A stretch of DNA of 64,000 nucleotides. It comes from Candidatus Hecatella orcuttiae. GTDB lineage: Archaea > Thermoproteota > Bathyarchaeia > Hecatellales > Hecatellaceae. Positions 58,616 to 64,000 of this stretch are shown here, piece after piece (position 1 is the stretch's first letter; the number at the start of each line of letters is the position of its first letter). Where the stretch lies: the NCBI GenBank assembly GCA_002011035.2, contig MTLY02000002.1, positions 224,001 to 288,000 on the forward strand, read 5' to 3'. A program made the translations under genes and the position numbers. The notes beneath the pieces were generated by a model. It ran no database searches. It was given only the letters and a program-made list of their open reading frames with translations, and was not told where the DNA came from.

Positions 58616-59128
58616 GTGAAAAGACATTTCATAAAAGATAAAGAGTTCAAGGAACTGCTCCACCGGTTGCAGTCAAACTTGAAGTTGGAGATAAATTTGG
58701 AGGTTTTTCAAAAAGTTAAAGCTGAGAAGGTTGAATCCGACGGCTTAACTGTTTACCTTCTGGATAAGCAGCCTTTCATGGCTGAAACTAAACAGGGCTT
58801 ACTTCTTCCCACTCTTCTCTTTCATGAGGTTTTAAAAGCTCTGCCCATGCTGGTCATCGACCAAGGTGCTGTCCCTCACATATGCGCCGGAGCCGACGTG
58901 ATGAGGCCGGGGATGGTAAGCGTGGAGGGAGACTTCTCCGAGGGCGCCTTGCTTTCGGTGGTGGAGGAGAAACATCGGAAAACTGTCGCTTTGGCGCTGA
59001 GTTTGGCTTCCTCAACCGAAATAAGGGAGACTGCCCGTGGGAAGGTGGCTGAGAACCTTCACTATATAGGGGACAAGATTTGGAGGCTTTGCCAAAGTCT
59101 TAGGGCTGGGAAAGAAAGTCTTAAGTAA
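58616..59128 (+). CDS. PUA-domain RNA-binding protein (Tma20/MCT-1-like)
   Basis: LPTL, VIDQGAVPHICAGADVMRPG, GKVAENLHYIGDKIW. Confidence 0.88.
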   Translation: MKRHFIKDKEFKELLHRLQSNLKLEINLEVFQKVKAEKVESDGLTVYLLDKQPFMAETKQGLLLPTLLFHEVLKALPMLVIDQGAVPHICAGADVMRPGMVSVEGDFSEGALLSVVEEKHRKTVALALSLASSTEIRETARGKVAENLHYIGDKIWRLCQSLRAGKESLK

Positions 59129-59180
59129 CAAAGAGCACCTATTTTATTAAATATACCCGCCGGTTAAGGTAAATTTAAAA

Positions 59181-59486
59181 ATGTCAACTTCAAGCCAAAC
59201 CGCGGAAGTTGAAGCTAAAACCCCTCCTACCTACGTGAAAGCCTTACCGTTGAGAGAATATTCAGACATAGAAAAAATCAAAAGCGACCTAGACTCGGGG
59301 AACATCCTCATCGTCAAGTTGACGCCTCTCGCCTCCAAAAACATCGAAGAAGTTAAGAGGGTGATAGACGAGCTTAAAGTCTACGCTGAAACCATCGGAG
59401 GAGACATCGCTAGGCTGGGTGAAGAGCGGATAGTCATCACCCCTCCACCCGTCAAAATCTGGCGCAAGGGGAAAAAGACGGATTAG
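59181..59486 (+). CDS. sepF: Cell division protein SepF
   Basis: GNILIVKL...GGDIARLGEERIVITPPPVKI. Confidence 0.85.
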   Translation: MSTSSQTAEVEAKTPPTYVKALPLREYSDIEKIKSDLDSGNILIVKLTPLASKNIEEVKRVIDELKVYAETIGGDIARLGEERIVITPPPVKIWRKGKKTD

Positions 59487-61396
59487 CAAAGCCTGAGGGT
59501 TTCCAGGTTTTCCGGGGCTAAGCTTTCTATTTTAAACATTCGCTCGATGGAGTTGGAGAGGCTTAGGCATTTGGATTTCTCGCCGTGGCAGATTATAATT
59601 CTCTGAGGCTTAGGACTGACTCTTTTGATAAAATTCAGAAGCTGGTTTCTGTCGCTGTGCCCTGAAAAGCCTTCGATGGATTCCACCCTCAACCTCACAT
59701 TGACCATTTCCACCTTGCCCTCAGCGTTCATCATGGCTACGTCCTTTAAGCCGTTCTGGATACGTCGGCCTAAGGTGCCGTCGATCTGGTAGCAGACGAA
59801 TATGAGGGTGTTCTTTTCGTCGGAGGCGAGCTGTTTGAAATACTCTAGGATAGGGCCGCCTTCCAGCATGCCTGAGGTGGCCAGAATCACGCAGGGCGGG
59901 CCTTCCATGGCTTCGCTTCTGGAGCTGGCGTGTTTTATGGTTACAAAGTAATCTGACTGGAAGGGGTTAACGTCCTCGTAGAGGATTTTACTCTGCAGTT
60001 CTTTGGAAAGATATTCAGGATAGGCGGTGTGGATGGCTGTAACCTCGTTTATCATGCCGTCGACAAAGATGGGAACCTCAGGGATCATTCCCGCACGCAA
60101 GTACTCGTTTAAAACCAGCATGATTTCCTGAGCCCTTCCCACGGCCAACACAGGTATCAGCACTTTCCCTCCTCTTCGCAGGGTTTCATCCACCACGTTG
60201 GCAAGCTTGCTTTCCACCTCGCCCCGATAGGGCATCACGTCTCCGGGGGCCCCGTAGGTGGACTCCATGATGAGGGTTTCAATCCTGGGGAAAGTCGTCG
60301 CGCTGGCTTCGAGGAGCATGGTGCGTAGAAACTTGAAGTCGCCTGTGTACACGATGTTATGGAGGCCTTCTCCTACGTGAATGTGGATGACCGAGGACCC
60401 CAGTATGTGGCCGGCGTTGTGGAGGGTTAATTTCACATCAGGAGCCACATCGGTGACTACGCCGTATTTGAGGGGAATAGCGTGGAGAACTGTCTCCCGC
60501 ACATCTTTTTGACTGTAGGGCAAGAGGGCGCCTTCCCTCGACAGGACATCCAGATAATCCAGCTGAAGCAGGGACATTAAGCTGAGGGTGGGTTCGGAGC
60601 AGTAAACCGGGCCGTCGTATCCGTACTTGTAGAGGAGGGGAAGCAACCCGCAGTGGTCGAGGTGAGCGTGAGAGATGACCACAGCGTCTAAATTTTCTAG
60701 GTCGAATTCGTTGATGTCAAGCCGGGGGAAGGCATCTTCAGGGTTGGTGGAGGCGGGATTTATTCCGCAGTCTATGAGGATGCTGCTCTCCCGGGTTCTC
60801 AGTATGTAAGCGGATCTGCCCACCTGCCTGCAGCCGCCCAAGGGAGTTAGGAGGACTTCTTGGGTTTTGGAGAAAGTCGGCCTGAAGATTCTTTCCCCCA
60901 CAGACCTCAGGATTCTTTCCCTATCTTTCACCTCTTTGTGCATGTAGTGGCGGATGTGGGCTATGATCTTCGAGGGAATAGGCGGAGTCCTCAGAACCCT
61001 CGGCCTCCATTTGGTAGCTTTGATTATTTCGTGGAGCATGTAGCCGTTTTTGGATATCACAAGGCCTGGTTTCTTGGCTTCGATGATAACTTCGCCCAGC
61101 GAATGGTCGAAGGTTATGCTGGTGATTTCCGCCTCCGGAGGCACGGCGGAGAGGATGAAGCGTTCAGCCTCCTTCTCAGGCATTCGGATGGAGGGGTCTG
61201 AGCGGAGGGTAATCCTCTTTCTGATGAGGTTTACGATGTCCGTTACAATGTAGCTCTGATCTAGAAGGATTTCAGGTTTTTTGGTGTAGATAGCCAGCCG
61301 AGGCCCTTCAAACTCTATTCTGGAAACTTCCGCCTCTTTGGGCACATGCTGTAAGATGACTTGGCGTATCTTAGATTGGATTTCTTCTCTGTTCAA
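59483..61396 (-). CDS. fttA: aCPSF1/FttA KH-domain beta-CASP ribonuclease (transcription termination factor)
   Basis: Two KH domains, GGCRQVGRS, SHAHLDH, AGHILGS, ESTYG, FSGHSD. Confidence 0.95.
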   Translation of the reverse strand: MNREEIQSKIRQVILQHVPKEAEVSRIEFEGPRLAIYTKKPEILLDQSYIVTDIVNLIRKRITLRSDPSIRMPEKEAERFILSAVPPEAEITSITFDHSLGEVIIEAKKPGLVISKNGYMLHEIIKATKWRPRVLRTPPIPSKIIAHIRHYMHKEVKDRERILRSVGERIFRPTFSKTQEVLLTPLGGCRQVGRSAYILRTRESSILIDCGINPASTNPEDAFPRLDINEFDLENLDAVVISHAHLDHCGLLPLLYKYGYDGPVYCSEPTLSLMSLLQLDYLDVLSREGALLPYSQKDVRETVLHAIPLKYGVVTDVAPDVKLTLHNAGHILGSSVIHIHVGEGLHNIVYTGDFKFLRTMLLEASATTFPRIETLIMESTYGAPGDVMPYRGEVESKLANVVDETLRRGGKVLIPVLAVGRAQEIMLVLNEYLRAGMIPEVPIFVDGMINEVTAIHTAYPEYLSKELQSKILYEDVNPFQSDYFVTIKHASSRSEAMEGPPCVILATSGMLEGGPILEYFKQLASDEKNTLIFVCYQIDGTLGRRIQNGLKDVAMMNAEGKVEMVNVRLRVESIEGFSGHSDRNQLLNFIKRVSPKPQRIIICHGEKSKCLSLSNSIERMFKIESLAPENLETLRLC

Positions 61397-61429
61397 AACG
61401 CTTCACGGCTTGAGAAAGCTTTGCTCAAA

Positions 61430-62065
61430 CTAAGTGGCAACATATTTGGCCTTTTCTTCTTCGGTGAGCTCCCTATAGCCTGCCTTGTCGATGATGGCCA
61501 CGTCGAAACTGTCTCCGCTGGCGGCATCCCTCTTCATGGCCGCCTTCACAGCCCTCACCACCAGAGGGACGGCTTCCTCCGTGGTTAGGTTCTCCTTGAA
61601 GCCGTCTTCTAATATTCCTAAAGCCACAGGGGAACCTGAACCTGTGGAAAAAAACTTCTCCTCCTCCGTCACACTTCCAAAGGGGTCGAGGGAGAAAATG
61701 TGAGCTCCCTCTGTATCCACACCTGCGACGATGGCTTGGAGGAGTAAGGGGATGTACCTGTTGTAGAACAGGAGGTTGGCAGCCAGCCTTGTGGCTGAGG
61801 CAACAGGCATAGGCCGTTTATGGGTTAGTTTGAAGAGGGCTGCGTTGGCTTTGAGGATGTCGACCACGTTTTGAGCGTCGGCGACAGCTCCTGCAATGGT
61901 CATGGCTAGGTGGTCGTCTATTTTATGGATTTTCTTCCCTTTCTTGTGGGCGATGAAGTATCCTGTGGTAACCCTAGTGTCGGTGGCTAAGGCAACTCCG
62001 TCCTTGCACACTACTCCGACGGTGGTAGTACCCTTGTGAATGCCGGCCCCATACAATCCCTGCAT
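61430..62065 (-). CDS. psmB: Proteasome beta subunit
   Basis: KG/TTTVG propeptide cleavage site, AGAVADAQ, TGSGS, RDAASGD. Confidence 0.96.
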   Translation of the reverse strand: MQGLYGAGIHKGTTTVGVVCKDGVALATDTRVTTGYFIAHKKGKKIHKIDDHLAMTIAGAVADAQNVVDILKANAALFKLTHKRPMPVASATRLAANLLFYNRYIPLLLQAIVAGVDTEGAHIFSLDPFGSVTEEEKFFSTGSGSPVALGILEDGFKENLTTEEAVPLVVRAVKAAMKRDAASGDSFDVAIIDKAGYRELTEEEKAKYVAT

Positions 62066-62201
62066 AGATGAAGCAGCCCCTAAAAGGTGGCAAAAAGGCT
62101 TCTGAAAATCGGTTAACGATACTCTCGCCTAACTTAAAAATGTTTCTGAATAACGGTTAAAGAACACGCAAGATAGTTTGTAAAAAACAACACCGAAAAA
62201 T

Positions 62202-62714
62202 ATGATGTCCTCTTTGATCACCTTATCACCTTCCAGGATGAAGGAGACGAATTCAACGGTGAAGAAAATTTTCACGTTTCTTTCCCTCAACAACGCCAAA
62301 GAGGGGTACACCTTCCTCTACGAAGGAAAACCTAAAGTCTGTGAAGACTGCGAGTACGTCAAAGTCTGCCATGAAAACTTAACCCCCCATACCGCCTACA
62401 CCGTCGCAAGTGTGAAGGAAAAACAGGTAAGCTGCCAGGTTTTCGAAGGAGACGCTCGCCTGGTGGAGGTTCAGCCGGCAGAGGTGGAGGGCGCTGTGGA
62501 AGTTCATCTTGCCATTCCCGGCGCGCTCATAAGGTTTAATCCTCAACCTTGCAGCCGGCTTCACTGCGAAAAATTCAACCTCTGCGTCCCCAACGCCTTG
62601 GTGGAGGGAGCCGCCTGCAGGGTGATGGAGCTCCGTGAGAGATTCGTCTGCCCTAGGACGGGGGTGCAGCTTCAGGTTTCTCTTCTTTCCCAGCGGGTTG
62701 AGGAGGAGCCTTAG
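62202..62714 (+). CDS. UPF0179 family Cys-rich protein
   Basis: AKEGYTFLYEG...CEDCEYVKVCH, Cys-rich C-terminal half; start uncertain. Confidence 0.75.
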   Translation: MMSSLITLSPSRMKETNSTVKKIFTFLSLNNAKEGYTFLYEGKPKVCEDCEYVKVCHENLTPHTAYTVASVKEKQVSCQVFEGDARLVEVQPAEVEGAVEVHLAIPGALIRFNPQPCSRLHCEKFNLCVPNALVEGAACRVMELRERFVCPRTGVQLQVSLLSQRVEEEP

Positions 62715-63402
62715 CCTCTTTCCGCCGGTGTCTTTCGATGAACGTCACCGTCTCCACCGAGGGCAGAAACTTCATGAAGTCGGCGGCGAGTCCTCTCTTT
62801 GCCAGCTGGAGGCCTTCCAGGGCGAAGCTTTCCTCGGGAAGAGTGACGGTGACAGCTTTCTCGGAAATCTCCAGTTCAAACAGGTCTACGTTCACGGGGG
62901 GAATTCTCCGGTGGAGAAGGGCCTTCGCCTTTTCCAGAGGAGACTGGAGAACCTGTTTGACCTCCACTTCGTAGATGAGGGTTCGGCCGGCCAGGGGGGG
63001 ATTGAAATCCACCTGCACTCTCCCCGCGCCTACGCTTCGAATGGTCGCTAGTTTTCCGTCTACTTCGACTTCCATCCCGGGGGAGGGGGAAATATTTTGG
63101 TCTTTAAACTTCTTGAGGGGTATCAGCTTGATTTTCCCCGGGTCCCTGAGCCCGAAGGCTCTTTCCGGGGGGATTTCCACTACGGTCTTTTGCCCCACTT
63201 CCAAGCCGGGAAGTTTTTCGTCCAGCCCCCTCAGAACCCAGCCTTCCCCGACGACCACCAGCATGGGCTCGTAGAGGGTGTTTTCCCTGTAGATTTTCGC
63301 CTCTTTGGCCACTTCTTGGAGGCTGGTGTCGAAGACCGTGTCGGTTTCTTTCACTTTAGCCGTGTAGTCGAGAAGGATGAAATCTCCTTTTTCGATAGGC
63401 AT
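62653..63402 (-). CDS. Long-type FKBP peptidyl-prolyl isomerase (SlyD-like)
   Basis: KGDFILLDYT, VFDTS, VGEGWVLRGLD, IPPERAFG, VDFNPPLAG; ATG 63402 with AGGAG RBS. Confidence 0.92.
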   Translation of the reverse strand: MPIEKGDFILLDYTAKVKETDTVFDTSLQEVAKEAKIYRENTLYEPMLVVVGEGWVLRGLDEKLPGLEVGQKTVVEIPPERAFGLRDPGKIKLIPLKKFKDQNISPSPGMEVEVDGKLATIRSVGAGRVQVDFNPPLAGRTLIYEVEVKQVLQSPLEKAKALLHRRIPPVNVDLFELEISEKAVTVTLPEESFALEGLQLAKRGLAADFMKFLPSVETVTFIERHRRKEAKAPPQPAGKEEKPEAAPPS

Positions 63403-63537
63403 GGCAGCTCCCTTTTGAAACTTACCAATATGGGGGGTGGAGGTCTTTAACTTTTTTCCTTCATAGTCAATAAAGGTCTTTATAGTCTTCATAGATAACT
63501 TTAATTTCACACATCCTCATCCTAAATCCGAACAGCC

Positions 63538-64000
63538 ATGAAAACCGCTACAGCCTTCGCCCCAGCCCACATCACAGGACTCTTCACAGTGGAAGGACAT
63601 CGCTGCCCGGAGATGAGAGGGTCCAGAGGCGTAGGCGTCAGCCTAGGAAAAGGCGTTCACACCACGGTGTACGCGGAGAAAAGCCCCCGGTGGAAGACAC
63701 AGTTTAGGCTCAACGGCAGACCGGCTGAAGCTGAGGTTTCTAAGGCAACGGTGGAAGAGTTCAAACCGTTTGCCCCGCCCCACGAGGTCACCGTAGACCA
63801 CCGGGTGGAGGTTCCCATAGGAGCGGGCTATGGGTCCAGCGGTGCAGGCGCCCTGAGCTTAGCCTTAGCTTTGAACGAAGCCTTGAATGCAGGGCTTTCC
63901 TCCGCCGAGGCCGCGCAGCTCGCCCACGTGGCGGAAGTGAAGTGCGGAACCGGGTTGGGAACGGTGCTCGCGGAAACTTGCGGCGGCTTGGGGTTGAGGG
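63538..64000 (+). CDS. Pantoate kinase (GHMP kinase family), partial
   Basis: Manually translated: MKTATAFAPAHITGLF...GSRGVG...PIGAGYGSSGAGAL...AHVAEVKCGTGLGTV; runs off window end. Confidence 0.88.
   Translation, partial: MKTATAFAPAHITGLFTVEGHRCPEMRGSRGVGVSLGKGVHTTVYAEKSPRWKTQFRLNGRPAEAEVSKATVEEFKPFAPPHEVTVDHRVEVPIGAGYGSSGAGALSLALALNEALNAGLSSAEAAQLAHVAEVKCGTGLGTVLAETCGGLGLR

Overview
Gene-dense chromosomal window from an archaeon. TATA-box promoters, GGTGA Shine-Dalgarno motifs, many TTG/GTG starts, a BHB-intron tRNA and the combination Smc-ScpAB + SepF + aCPSF1 + MpgS suggest a TACK/Bathyarchaeia-like lineage (inference). Most genes are housekeeping: riboflavin (ribB/C/H), queT-queC, RecJ-like, uS15, gatCAB, PPDK, DNA ligase, Trk, smc-scpA-scpB, moaACB, truA, tldD/E, pcm, fen, cdc48, split purH, EF-1beta, pth2, bud32, mpgS, glycosyltransferases, eL37, Sm, sepF, aCPSF1, proteasome beta, FKBP and pantoate kinase. 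No CRISPR array, transposase or integrase was seen. The best candidate for a little-described system is a second, compact SMC operon at 30975-34433, 3 kb from the canonical condensin operon. It encodes a short ATPase with Smc5/6-type motifs and no recognisable hinge, a ScpA/Nse4-like kleisin and an Nse1/Nse3(MAGE)-like kite. Other notable signals: a structured leader in front of queT-queC (candidate archaeal riboswitch), a DUF4443-KaiC-standalone AEP primase operon, perfect nucleotide identity between the D1 and D2 motifs of cdc48, repeated apparent CTG initiation, a 16-aa Lys/Gly micropeptide with its own promoter and RBS, three 31-bp-phased Lrp-type boxes, a tRNA-Ala with two introns whose BHB folds are mutually exclusive, and a three-way-junction RNA just downstream of that tRNA. 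All family calls come from motif recognition by eye; no database searches were run.
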